This document shows, piece after piece, positions 44,385 through 54,929 of a stretch of 64,000 nucleotides of DNA. Within the stretch, counting starts at the first letter, position 1. Each line of letters opens with the position of its first letter. The stretch lies in assembly GCA_963921275.4 (NCBI GenBank), contig OZ001293.3:5920001-5984000 (forward strand). The letters are read 5' to 3'. Origin of the DNA: an uncultured Hormoscilla sp. (GTDB taxonomy: Bacteria > Cyanobacteriota > Cyanobacteriia > Cyanobacteriales > Desertifilaceae). The notes under the pieces are model-generated. The model was not told the DNA's origin and did no database searches. It saw only the letters and a program-made list of their open reading frames with translations. Both the position numbers and the translations under genes were made by a program.

Positions 44385-45755
44385 CTAGGCGACCATTTCT
44401 TCTATGCGATCGGGCGATGTGGGCAAAGCAGACGTTAACACCTGATTGCCAGATGCCGTGACCAAGACATCATCTTCAATTCTAATTCCCCGGACATCAG
44501 CAAACTTAGCTAGCCGATCCCAATTTACCACATCCTGATATTTGGCCCGGTTATCTGCATCCTGCAAAATTGCTGGGACTTGATAAAATCCTGGCTCAAT
44601 TGTCACTAGCATACCTGGTTTTAACGGGCGATCGAGGCGCAGGAAGCCCAAACCAAAGCGATCGCTTCTCGTGCGACCCTCAGCATAGCCGGCCAAATCC
44701 CCCAAATCTTCCATATCATGGACATCCAGCCCCAGAATATGACCGACTCCGTGGGGGAAGAACAGGGCGTGGGCATCCATTTCTACCAAGTCTGCGGGCT
44801 GACCTTTTAAGATGCCTAAATCTACTAAACCGGAGGCAATTACTGAGGCTGCTAGTAAATGAATATCCCGATACTCGACATCAGGGCGGACCTCGGCAAT
44901 ACAAGCATCATGGGCTGTCAAAACCAGATCGTATAAGTCTCGCTGGGTGGGAGAAAACTTGCCCTTCACGGGCCAGGTGCGCGTTACGTCGGCAACCCAA
45001 CCATTGGCGGTTTCGGCACCCGCATCTACTAATAGTAAATCTTGCGGCTGTAGGGCATGGTGATACTTTACGTTGTGCAAAACTTCCCCATGCACCGTGA
45101 CAATACTGCCATAAGCACAAGTCATATTATGGGTAATAAAAACAGCCTCGATCGCCCCCCTGACTTGGGCTTCCCACTCAGCCTGCATTGTCGCGGCCAT
45201 GCCCGCCTGATGGGCTTTGACAGTCACGGCAACCGCTTGCCGCAACTCCGACAAAGCCGCCGCATCGTGATACAATCGGAGAGAGACAATTGCCTTAGCT
45301 AAGGACAGGTCAATTCCTTCGGGAACCTGTGTTATCGGACGGCTTAAAATCTGGGCTTGCGATCGACAAGTGGTAGCATCCTGTACGGCAATAGTTGCGG
45401 CACCCGAACCATGGGATGCTAATTCTGTCATTGGATATGCAGCATCGGCCCCGATTTTTTGGGCAATGTCTGACCTGGTTGGTATCTCATGCCAGAGGGT
45501 GTCAGCAGGGGTCGGGTCATCCATAAACAGTTCTAACTGACCATTTTCTAGGCGAATGGCAGCATTCTCCAACTGCAACCCAGCAAAATAGAGAAAATGA
45601 CTGCTAGCGCGAAAGGGGAAAATATTTGCGGGAAAATTGCGCGGACTCGGACTCCCTGACCAGAGGATAATGGGGAAATCAATCAGTTGGGCAAGGGCTT
45701 GCCGCCGCTGTTTGAGTGTAGTGGCCAGAGAAGTAGGATTGCTGTTGACTTGCAT
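44385..45755 (-). CDS. pepP: Xaa-Pro aminopeptidase (M24B)
   Basis: DAG, D.TRT, PHG.GH.LG.DVHD, TIEPG.Y, GIRIEDD. Confidence 0.92.
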   Translation of the reverse strand: MQVNSNPTSLATTLKQRRQALAQLIDFPIILWSGSPSPRNFPANIFPFRASSHFLYFAGLQLENAAIRLENGQLELFMDDPTPADTLWHEIPTRSDIAQKIGADAAYPMTELASHGSGAATIAVQDATTCRSQAQILSRPITQVPEGIDLSLAKAIVSLRLYHDAAALSELRQAVAVTVKAHQAGMAATMQAEWEAQVRGAIEAVFITHNMTCAYGSIVTVHGEVLHNVKYHHALQPQDLLLVDAGAETANGWVADVTRTWPVKGKFSPTQRDLYDLVLTAHDACIAEVRPDVEYRDIHLLAASVIASGLVDLGILKGQPADLVEMDAHALFFPHGVGHILGLDVHDMEDLGDLAGYAEGRTRSDRFGLGFLRLDRPLKPGMLVTIEPGFYQVPAILQDADNRAKYQDVVNWDRLAKFADVRGIRIEDDVLVTASGNQVLTSALPTSPDRIEEMVA

Positions 45756-45987
45756 GGCGATCGATGGTAAACTTATACTATTGTATGCCTGATATCTGGC
45801 ATTATTGTCAAGCAGGCCCAGGCCCGCTCCTCGAAAGCAGATGATTTGCCATATTGTAGATGGATAGCTATAATCGGGGAGAAAGAAAAAACGATGCCAT
45901 ACCCAGACACCACCGGCTGGGGCGGAAGCGGCGATCGTCGGATAGCATTATGAATGACTGAGATGCCAGAACAGATCCCAGATGACT

Positions 45988-46148
45988 CAATACTTATCGG
46001 TTAAGGATATAGGTTGTCATTGCGAGGGGGGGACAACCGCGATTAACTTATGCTAAATTGAGGAGACCCCCCCGTTAGCGCAGCGGCCCGACGCAGGAGG
46101 GCTAGCAATCTCCCTGCTCCCTGCTCCCTGCTTAACCGAGAGGTATTG
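45988..46148. mobile_element. MITE with CAATACTT.TCGGTTA inverted ends
   Basis: Same ends as 48419-48632. Confidence 0.65.
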
Positions 46149-46202
46149 CGAGATGACCGGTCCACTTGTTATATTTTGCGGAAATTGCGGAAATAGTGAA
46201 TT

Positions 46203-46637
46203 ATGGAACCTTTAATGACGACGGCTATAGTAGCAACTGGCACTGCGGTTGTGACGAAACTTGTGGAAAATATTGCAGACAATACTGGAGGAAAATTAGG
46301 GAAAGCATTCTGCGACGCGACTGCTAAGGTTATGAAAATCCTCAAGCAAGAGAATCCAGATGCTATGATGGTTATTAAGCCGGCTCCAGAACTACCTTTA
46401 GATTACGGTAAAGCAGTGCTGGAGATAGAGTCAGCAGCGAAAAACAATCCTCAACTGGCCCAAGCGATGCAGGAATTGGCCGCAGCAGCAAAAGCAGAAC
46501 CTCACCCAAAGCTGGATGAAGTTCTCGAAGAAATCAAAGGGGCGCTGAAATCTCAACAGTCAAAGATTGAAAATTATGGAAAGGTAGCTGAGGAGATCAA
46601 AGCAGAAAAAGGGGCAATGGTTGGCCAAAAATTTTAA
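46203..46637 (+). CDS. Paralogue of the 112-546 hypothetical protein
   Basis: Sequence similarity and the same gene context. Confidence 0.7.
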   Translation: MEPLMTTAIVATGTAVVTKLVENIADNTGGKLGKAFCDATAKVMKILKQENPDAMMVIKPAPELPLDYGKAVLEIESAAKNNPQLAQAMQELAAAAKAEPHPKLDEVLEEIKGALKSQQSKIENYGKVAEEIKAEKGAMVGQKF

Positions 46638-46689
46638 ATTGGGGAGATCAAATACTATTGACTGAAGCCGCCCGACGGGGAGGATCGGG

Positions 46690-47782
46690 TAAAGTTAACT
46701 CCCAATTACTGGCGCAATGTTTGCCAGTCAATGCTGGACAAGCAACTTACCAGCAATTTCCTGTTTCACGATCGTGAGGAGGCGAAAAAAGACGACAACA
46801 GATTTATGTCCCTCTGGCGCTGGTAAAACGGAAAAAACCGGATAGGCGAGAGGGTGGGAAAATTGACCCGGGAAATAAGAAGGCGATCACGGCTTTAGTG
46901 CAACTGCTCCAGCCAAGTGAATATGAAGATACCCGCAGGCAAGCAGCAGATAGCTTAGGGAAAATTGGTGCGAGAAATAAGGATGCAATCACGGCTTTAG
47001 TGCAACTGCTCCAGCCAAGTGAATATGAAGATACCCGCAGGCAAGCAGCAGAAAGTTTAGGGAAAATTGACCCGGGAAATAAGAAGGCGATCACGGCTTT
47101 AGTGCAACTGCTCCAGCCAAGTGAATATGAAGATACCCGCAGGCAAGCAGCAGATAGCTTAGGGAAAATTGGTGCGGGAAATCAGAAGGCGATCAAGGCT
47201 TTAGTGCAACTGATCCAGTCAAGTAAAGATGAATCTACCCGCGGGAGAGCAGCAGAAAGTTTAGGGGAAATTGGTGCGGGGAATAAGGATGCGATCACGG
47301 CTTTAGTGCAACTGCTCCAGTCAAGTAAAGATGAATATACCCGCAAGAGAGCAGTATATAGCTTAGAAAAAATTGCTGCGGGAAATAAGGAGGCGATCGC
47401 GGCTTTAGTGCAACTGCTCCAGTCAAGTGAAGATGAAGATAACCGCAGGAGAGCAGTATATAGCTTAGGAAAAATTGGTGCGGGGAATAAGGAGGCGATC
47501 GCGGCTTTAGTGCAACTGCTCCAGTCAAGTAAAGATGAATATACCTGCATGCAAGCAGCAGATAGCTTAGGGGAAATCGTACAAGACAACCAGAAAGCGG
47601 AAGTAGTCACCGAATTGAAAGGCTGCTTATCAGCTAAAGACTACAAAAGTAACCCTTACCTATTCGATAACTGTTACCAACTCATCTGGAACTGGGCCCA
47701 AACTCTACCCTACCCAGAGTTTTATCAAGCTTGGCACAAATCTGGAATGCTTTCCTGCGTCCGTCGGCTATTCCAGAGCTGA
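46690..47782 (+). pseudogene. HEAT-repeat protein; NACHT-type N-terminus joined directly to the HEAT repeats
   Basis: YWRNVCQSML...IYVPLALVKRKKP then GKIDPGNKKAITALVQLL repeats (102-bp period); C-terminal IWNWAQTLPYPEFYQAW. Confidence 0.7.
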
Positions 47783-47967
47783 ATCGCCCGCCCTGTGAAG
47801 TGGGTGAGACGGGCCCTTTTGCTTCTCCCTTCACCCATCCGGATAATGTAATCTAGTCAGCCCTTATATCGATATGGTGCCGATGCTGTGCCCCTGAGAT
47901 AAATTTGTACCTGTTGGTCTTGATGGTGATGTATCATAGGAAAAAGCAGTGTTAGGCAGGAGTTTAT

Positions 47968-48288
47968 ATGCCACCAATTCCAGAAGTAACGAGGAAGCCA
48001 AAAAGATTGTTTCGGCCCTGGGTTTAGAACCTGAGTTGGCCTGGACCTTGACAGAGTGCCCTTATAAAGTAGTTTGGGTGAAACAATTCCTACGGACTGA
48101 TTTACCGGTTCTATGAAATTATGCAGGTCTATGGCATGCCCATGAAAGCGGTCATCCATGAGAAGTTTGGTGACGGGATTATGAGTGCGATCGACTTCTC
48201 TATTAAGGTCCAAAAAGAAGAGGACCCCAAAGGCGATCGGGTGAATATCGTCATGTCTGGAAAGTTCTTACCCTACAAAAAGTGGTAG
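47968..48288 (+). pseudogene. cynS: Cyanase, internally deleted and frameshifted
   Basis: [33 protein letters not shown]...GDRV...[11 protein letters not shown] read directly; not in the ORF track. Confidence 0.9.
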
Positions 48289-48418
48289 GATAACCGTAGG
48301 TTGGGTCTCCGCACGAAACCCAACCCTCCAGATATTGTTGGCGTTGAAGAAGGAGTGCGATCGAGTCAGATGTATGCTCGTTCCCAGTCTCTGGCTGGGA
48401 ACGAACCTTGGGAGGCTC

Positions 48419-48632
48419 CAATACTTCTCGGTTAATAACTTGTCATTGCGAGGGGGGCTCCCAAACTAACATTATCAGGATCCCCGCCTGGATCCCCCCC
48501 GAAGCAATCTCACCGCGCTGTATTCTGGGTAGGCGGGGATTGCTTCGGGGGGGTTAACTCGGTTCCGCATAAGTTAATCGCTATGTACCCCCCCTCGCAA
48601 TGACAAATAAGATGCCTAACCGAGAAGTATTG
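48419..48632. mobile_element. MITE with 16-bp TIR and 5-bp TSD
   Basis: CAATACTTCTCGGTTA...TAACCGAGAAGTATTG flanked by GGCTC on both sides. Confidence 0.85.
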
Positions 48633-48835
48633 GGCTCACCTGGAGGCATCCGCCTCGAAAGGTGTGCGTTCCCAGGGGTCGCCAGGGAACGAGCAAACAT
48701 ATCATTTGTCGATCGCGTGTCAGATGGAAAAAAACTTAATGTTCATTCCGTTAAAGGTGCGATCGCGGCATTTTTGATTCCCTCGAAGTATTGAGGCCAG
48801 ATCGGATCCCACAATAGTATAGGAGATTTTTGCTC

Positions 48836-49552
48836 GTGATTTACCAGGTAAAAGACAGCCCGCCGAACAATTATCTAGCTTTGACCGAAAATCGGAAAAC
48901 GCCTCGCCTGGAAAGTGGCGATCGCCTCTCACGTCCAGAATTTGAGCGTCGCTACGCAGGGATGCCCGAAGGTCAAAAAGCAGAACTAATTGAAGGAATA
49001 GTATACTTAGCATCACGATTACCCTTTGAGAGTCATGCTGAACCTCACGCATCGATTATTACCATGCTGGGAATTTATCAAATCAATACCCCTAGAGTCA
49101 GCCTGGGAATTGAGCCGACGGTACTGCTGGATCTAGACAACGAGCCTCAGCCTGATGGAGTTTTGCTTTTGGACGAAAGGGTTGGAGGGCGATCGCGTTT
49201 GCTGGAGTCAGATTACATTGAGGGAGCACCGGAACTGGTGGTAGAAGTAGCAGCTAGCAGTGCCGCTAGGGACTTGCACGACAAGCAGCGGGCTTATCGG
49301 CGTAACGGCATTCAGGAATACATTGTTTGGCAGATTTTTGAGAACCAGCTAGACTGGTGGCAGCTAGTGGATGGGGAATATGTGGCCCTGGAACGAGACT
49401 CGGAGGGGATAATTAGAAGTCAGGTATTCCCAGGATTGTGGTTGGATGTATTGGCATTGCTGGATGGAAACATGACTCAGGTAATGGCGGTATTGCAGCA
49501 AGGATTGAATTCCCCAGAACATGATGATTTTGTACGCGGCTTGTCCGAGTAA
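48836..49552 (+). CDS. Uma2 family endonuclease, near-identical duplicate of 2823-3539
   Basis: Protein differs at only a handful of residues. Confidence 0.9.
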   Translation: MIYQVKDSPPNNYLALTENRKTPRLESGDRLSRPEFERRYAGMPEGQKAELIEGIVYLASRLPFESHAEPHASIITMLGIYQINTPRVSLGIEPTVLLDLDNEPQPDGVLLLDERVGGRSRLLESDYIEGAPELVVEVAASSAARDLHDKQRAYRRNGIQEYIVWQIFENQLDWWQLVDGEYVALERDSEGIIRSQVFPGLWLDVLALLDGNMTQVMAVLQQGLNSPEHDDFVRGLSE

Positions 49553-49964
49553 GAACGATAAGAAACCCGGTAAGAAACCTGGTTTTTACTCCATAAGCGA
49601 TCGACCGCCAATGGGAACAGTTGCAGGGGGGCAAACCTGTAGATAAAATCCTATCTGCTGAAGTTGTAAAATTTGGGTGAACCTGACATCTTGCACCATT
49701 GGAAATAAGCCCTACGGCCCTGGAGTTTTTGTTCGCGATCGCCTCAAAAAAAGTGCTATCGCCTGCATCAATCAGAATCTCTATGCTATAATAAAATTGT
49801 AGGTTGGGTTGACCCACGAAACCCAACCCTCCAGATGTTGCAGGTAAAGACTAAAGTCTTTACTACAAACCATTAGTTAAGGTAAAGACTTTAGTCTTTA
49901 CTACAAACCATTAGTTAAGGTAAAGACTAAAGTCTTTACTACGAACCATTAGTTATCGACTCAG

Positions 49965-51721
49965 ATGTTTCAATATCTAATGATCCTATTCACTTTAACA
50001 TATCATTTATCCTTCCCAGGAACGGCCTCCCAATTCAAGGCATTGGATATATCTGTCACAAATGACATCCCCCCGGGTTTTACTGCTATTAAAACCGCAC
50101 CAGGGGTGAATTTATATCAGCATACCGATGAAATTGATTATGTTCAAGTTGTCGCTCTAGATGCCGGTGCTTGTATAGATTTATTTGACGATCGCCATGT
50201 CACTGGTTTCGATACTCAAGGCGCTTACGGCACCAATATTAGTGCTATAATTGATTTTCAAACCATTCAAACTCACTGGGATGATTTGGTGCGAGCGCAT
50301 GGAAAGAGAGCATTTTCAGTAACCAATGGTCAGTTTTTCAGTGTCCGTTCTCAGCAGTTAGCATTTCCGGTAAAAGCTGACGGAATTATCTATAGTGAGG
50401 GCTATGCAGGAGACTCTGAATTTGCAGGAGAAAAAATGATGTTGACAGTGAGGCAAAATCATGCTAATATCGTCCCATTTCCTGAGAATGATTATCCGGA
50501 AAATCCGCTGTTCTATTCAGTCCCGAATATGATAGTGGGTTTGGCAGAAGATGCTGATAAGGGATTTGATCGCCAGGTAGGAAGAACATTTATCGGGGTA
50601 AAAGACCGAGACAAAAATGGTACAAATGAAACAGTTTTGATTTTCACTTCTAGCAGGGCGAGTCAATCCCATGCTGGTCGAGTATTAAGAGATTTTGGAG
50701 CTTCTGCAGTGATGATGCTGGATGGCGGGGGTTCGACACAGGCGATCGTGCAGGGGAGAGAGTATGGTAAGGATTCAGGTAGAGGGGTTGACAAAGGGCT
50801 GCCAGTTACTCAGGCTCGGGAATCAGAGACAACTCCTGGGAACGCCCACGCGGGGCCAGAGAAATGGCCCGTCGAAAGAAATCGATGGCCGAGCGACCCT
50901 GAGCGCGACACGATTAAATCACGCTCAACAAAGTCGCCGAACGTCGAAACCCTTCCCAGGAACGAGACCCGCCACAGACTTGGCGTTTCGTTACAGCCAA
51001 ACGTAACGAGCGCTCCGCCAGGTTATTATCCGGTGGAACTTCCGGGTGGTCGAGAAAATACCACCACTGGTGACACTTATTTTCTAAAGACCTCAGCAAC
51101 AAGCTGGCCGCATGACCCGCCTTCGAGCGCCAGGTATCGAGAGATCGAGCGATCCGTTTCTTAAAAGAGGAGGCCCAATTGGCAGAGACCGATGCTTCGC
51201 CGGTCTCTCGCCACTGACGATGTTGAGTAAAGGCTTCGTCAATCAGGTCGAGAAAGGCTTGCCCCAGTTCGGCTTGATGGGGAGACTTGAGTTTGGAAAC
51301 TTGCCGGAAATGTCGTTGCAGATGAGCCAGATATTTTTGTTGAGCCGAGACCCGATAGCCATTGTAGACACTTGTCACGTCGGAACTGAGAACCCCGGGG
51401 GTTTCGACGAGTCGCTGCTGTCTTTGTCTAGCAGTCGTTTGAGGCGTTCGACTTCTCCGGTGAGTTTTTCAACTTCCCCAATGAGTTGTTCTATGGTTTC
51501 GTTTTGCCGCCACACTATCTCTACTAGGGCCGACTTCGGCATCGACTCTAGGTCTTCTCGGCTCTTGGGGATGGTTGGCCTCTCGATCTCCATTCTTCTA
51601 CCCTACCCATCTCCTCTCCCTTGTCAACCCTCTCACCTGAATGCTTACAGAGTATGTTAACTCTAGTGACGAGCCCGATCGAAAAATACCCCATACAATT
51701 GGCGTGATTAGCGGTTTTTAG
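49965..51721 (+). pseudogene. Secreted phosphodiester glycosidase (NAGPA-like) interrupted by an IS66 derivative
   Basis: RTFIG and AVMMLDGGGST motifs; removing the IS restores ...QGREYVNSSDEPDRKIPHTIGVISGF* (TAG 51719-51721). Confidence 0.82.
50767..51648 (-). mobile_element. Internally deleted IS66-family element
   Basis: Ends GTAAGGATTCAGGT / GTAAGCATTCAGGT; 8-bp TSD AGAGTATG; transposase pieces DSSDSSKPP and PPDNNLAERSLR...K. Confidence 0.92.
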
Positions 51722-51822
51722 AAGAACCTTCGTTCGTAGTAAGCACTAAAGTGCTTATCTTCTCCGTTCGTAGTAAGCACTAAAGTGCTTATCTTCCTCG
51801 TTCGTAGTAAGCACTTTAGTGC

Positions 51823-52209
51823 TTATCTTCCCCGCCAGCGGAGTAATACTGCTGCTTGGGCCTTACAAAGCATAAAGCGATAGCACTCAACGCGCAGTGC
51901 CATCAGTTCTAATCGTTCTGCCTCAGTGAGGGTACCATTTTGGTTGCCTGCAAGTAAGATGTTGTAACGTTCCATTTCGGCTGGACTCTTGCGGCTATAG
52001 GCAATCTCCCATAGAGTATTATCGTCTAGTTTGTCCAAGGCGGCAAGGTCAGCCTGAAACTCTTCTGGTACGTCATCCCATTCTGGAGGGCTACCTACAA
52101 GTAATGCATGCAGCATCACTTCTTCGAGCGATCGCGATTGTGCGCGGGCAGTGTTAACCAAGCGGAGATAGAGAGTATCTGGGATTTGCAGGGTAATAGT
52201 TTCAGCCAT
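51823..52209 (-). CDS. Hypothetical protein, possibly antitoxin-like
   Basis: N-terminal ITLQIPD.LY.RL (RHH-like); 128 aa. Confidence 0.55.
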   Translation of the reverse strand: MAETITLQIPDTLYLRLVNTARAQSRSLEEVMLHALLVGSPPEWDDVPEEFQADLAALDKLDDNTLWEIAYSRKSPAEMERYNILLAGNQNGTLTEAERLELMALRVECYRFMLCKAQAAVLLRWRGR

Positions 52210-52286
52210 TATATCCCGTCCATAAGCTGCTAAGCATAGTGATATAATTATTGTAAAGCACTTTGCTTGAATAGAGGAGGTGAGAT

Positions 52287-52430
52287 ATGAGCCAGGAAAT
52301 CGAGGATATGCATCGGTGGCAGCAGGAGATCGAGAAGGGATTGTTGGAAGCAGAGGCGGGAGACTTTGCTAGTGAAGAAGAGGTACTTGCTGTATTTGCC
52401 AAGTTGACCAATTTTGAAGCCCAGCGTTGA
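52287..52430 (+). pseudogene. Fragment resembling a CopG/RHH antitoxin C-terminus
   Basis: WQQEIEKGLLEAEAGDFASEEEV..VF.KL after a GAGGAGG RBS; no toxin gene follows. Confidence 0.45.
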
Positions 52431-52598
52431 CCAATTTTGAAGCCCAGCACAGTACCAGTAGCGAGAAGGTGGGCGGTGCCCACCCTACAACTGAAAAGAG
52501 TTCAGTAGCGGTAAGGTGGGCGGTGCCCACCCTACAACTGAAAAGAGTTCAATTTTAAATATAACCAAAACTGCCCCGAAAAATCAGTGAGATAAGTT

Positions 52599-53078
52599 AT
52601 GAAAATTCGCTGTATTGCCAATACTGGAAATAATCTTCCTGAAAATTATCTCTACCCGCGAGTGGGTTACACAAAAGAACTAAAGTTTCCCTTAACAATT
52701 GGCAAAGAATACGCAGTTTATGCCCTCTACACGTGGCAGGGACAAGTATGGTACTATATCGGCTGCGATGATAATTACATATATTATCCTCAAGAAAATC
52801 CTGCCCCTTTATTTGAAGTTGTTGACAGTCGAGTTTCTCAATATTGGCAGATTAAAATCGCTGAAAATGGCTTGTTGACGATGGCTTTTTCCGAATGGTT
52901 TTCCCAACCATACTTTTACGATAAACTTGCAGATCGAGAACAAGCAGAGATGGAAATTTTTGCCAAGGTAAAAGACCTCATGGATGCCGAATTTAACTCC
53001 CAAGAATCATATCAGAATCTGGAGGAGATCGGGAATCATACAGAAACAGCAGGTTGCAGTTCTGGCAAAGGCAGATAA
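52599..53078 (+). CDS. Hypothetical protein
   Basis: 159-aa aromatic-rich ORF with ATG start. Confidence 0.6.
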   Translation: MKIRCIANTGNNLPENYLYPRVGYTKELKFPLTIGKEYAVYALYTWQGQVWYYIGCDDNYIYYPQENPAPLFEVVDSRVSQYWQIKIAENGLLTMAFSEWFSQPYFYDKLADREQAEMEIFAKVKDLMDAEFNSQESYQNLEEIGNHTETAGCSSGKGR

Positions 53079-54184
53079 AGGGTATCCCGCTGCCGATAAG
53101 GACGCCCAAGAGAACGAATTGCCTGCTGTAAAGTTTCCACTTCCATGCAAGTGCCCCCCTGGGCCCCCGCCATAGTAGTAATATGTTCTTCCATCAAGGT
53201 ACCTCCAATATCGTTACATCCCCAACCCAGGGCCTCAGTTGCACCCGCTAAACCCAACTTCACCCAACTGGGTTGATGATTAGAAATCCAATTTCCCAGG
53301 AAAATTCGCGCTACCGCTGTCAGCAACAAAGCATCAGATAAAACGGGTTGATCCCGTCCCACCCGCCGCCGCAAAGGTTTAGGCGCTTCTTGTCCCACAA
53401 AGGGCAAGAGGATAAATTCTGTCAAGGCAGTTTCTCCCTGCTGAAGAGATTTTTGTTGCAAAGTCCGCAACTTTTCCAAATGCCCCATCTGCTGTTCTGG
53501 CGTTTCCACGTGACCGCAAAGCATGGTACTGGTACTGGGCATTCCCAACTTATGGGCAGTGGCGACAATTTCCAACCAAGTTACCGTATCAATTTTTTCC
53601 GGACAAATTACCCGCCGCACATTGTCATCTAAAACTTCTGCTGCGGTTCCCGGCATAGAATCAACTCCCGCCGACTGCAAAGCAGCAATCACTTCAGCAT
53701 AGGAAATGCCATCTTCCCTAGCAATAAATTGCACTTCCTGGGGAGAAAAGGCGTGTAAATGCAGTTGAGGAAACAGATCTTTAATGGTGATCGCCAATTG
53801 TAGGTAATAAGGTAAGGAAGCACCATTAACTTTTGCCCCAAGGTTAAGTCCGCCCTGCATGCAAATTTCCGTTGCCCCTTGGCGGACAGCATCGGTAGTT
53901 TTTTCCATAATTTGCCCCCAGTCTAACCAGTAAGCATCCTTTTCCCCTTCATCCCGGCGAAAGGCACAGAAACTACAGTGCTGTTCGCAGATATTGGTGA
54001 AATTAATATTGCGGTTGATGACGTAGGTGACGATATCGCCCGCTTGCTTGCGGCGCAGTTGGTCCGCAGTTTCTCGGATAGATGCGATCGCGCTTTGATC
54101 TTTTTGCTGTAAAAGCACCACTCCGGCGGCGGCGGAAAGATCATCACCTGCCAAGGCGCGGTTGAGGATAGCATCAACATTCAT
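53036..54184 (-). CDS. cofH: FO synthase subunit 2 (radical SAM)
   Basis: [51 protein letters not shown]. Confidence 0.93.
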   Translation of the reverse strand: MNVDAILNRALAGDDLSAAAGVVLLQQKDQSAIASIRETADQLRRKQAGDIVTYVINRNINFTNICEQHCSFCAFRRDEGEKDAYWLDWGQIMEKTTDAVRQGATEICMQGGLNLGAKVNGASLPYYLQLAITIKDLFPQLHLHAFSPQEVQFIAREDGISYAEVIAALQSAGVDSMPGTAAEVLDDNVRRVICPEKIDTVTWLEIVATAHKLGMPSTSTMLCGHVETPEQQMGHLEKLRTLQQKSLQQGETALTEFILLPFVGQEAPKPLRRRVGRDQPVLSDALLLTAVARIFLGNWISNHQPSWVKLGLAGATEALGWGCNDIGGTLMEEHITTMAGAQGGTCMEVETLQQAIRSLGRPYRQRDTLYLPLPELQPAVSV

Positions 54185-54331
54185 CACGAGTCTCCCATAC
54201 AGAATCTTCCTTCCATTATGACATAAGTTCTCCAATTATCCTAGGGCAGGTAACATGAAGAGCCTCGATAATCTAGTTCCCTGAGTGGGAACTAGGACTT
54301 GTGCAGAGTTGAATTGCTAGTAATACAGGCC

Positions 54332-54673
54332 CTACTGCTGCAATTTTTGAGTCAGTAACTTGAGAATTTCTACAATTTCACGTTGTCGGTGAGATAGATC
54401 GTCCTGCCGTTGATCCAACTCATCTAGCCTTTCATAGAAACTAGCCTGAGTTTGAGCTAGCTGAGTCTGAGTTTGAGCTAGCTGAGTCTGAGTTTGGGTC
54501 ACCTGAGCCATTGCTTGGTATAAACGAGAGCGGTCACGTTGTGACTCTTGATGCCACTTATTGACGTTATCAGTCAGGGCCTCAAGAGCACGGGCATTGG
54601 AATCGACTCTTTGACCTATTTTTTCTACTAAGGCTTCAATTCGGTCCAGCCGATCGGATTGATAGTCAGTCAT
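54332..54673 (-). CDS. Small coiled-coil hypothetical protein
   Basis: RLDRIEAL start; internal 21-bp QTQLAQT repeat. Confidence 0.65.
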   Translation of the reverse strand: MTDYQSDRLDRIEALVEKIGQRVDSNARALEALTDNVNKWHQESQRDRSRLYQAMAQVTQTQTQLAQTQTQLAQTQASFYERLDELDQRQDDLSHRQREIVEILKLLTQKLQQ

Positions 54674-54929
54674 GCTTACTGTTCTCCAAAGCTAAATTTT
54701 ATTTCCATTATACAACCATTTCTCAAAAATATCCTGCCGACCCCAATTTTTTTTCGCCATTCGCTTCTGTTCGCTTCGGAGACACCATATTTTATGGTGG
54801 GCGGTGCCCACTACTATTTTCATTATACAACCATTTCACAAACTTTCGCTCGCTCGCTTTTTCGCCGGTAACCCAGAAACCCGGTTTTTGGGAAAAACCG
54901 GGTTTCTTAGTTCACAATGAATGGCAATT

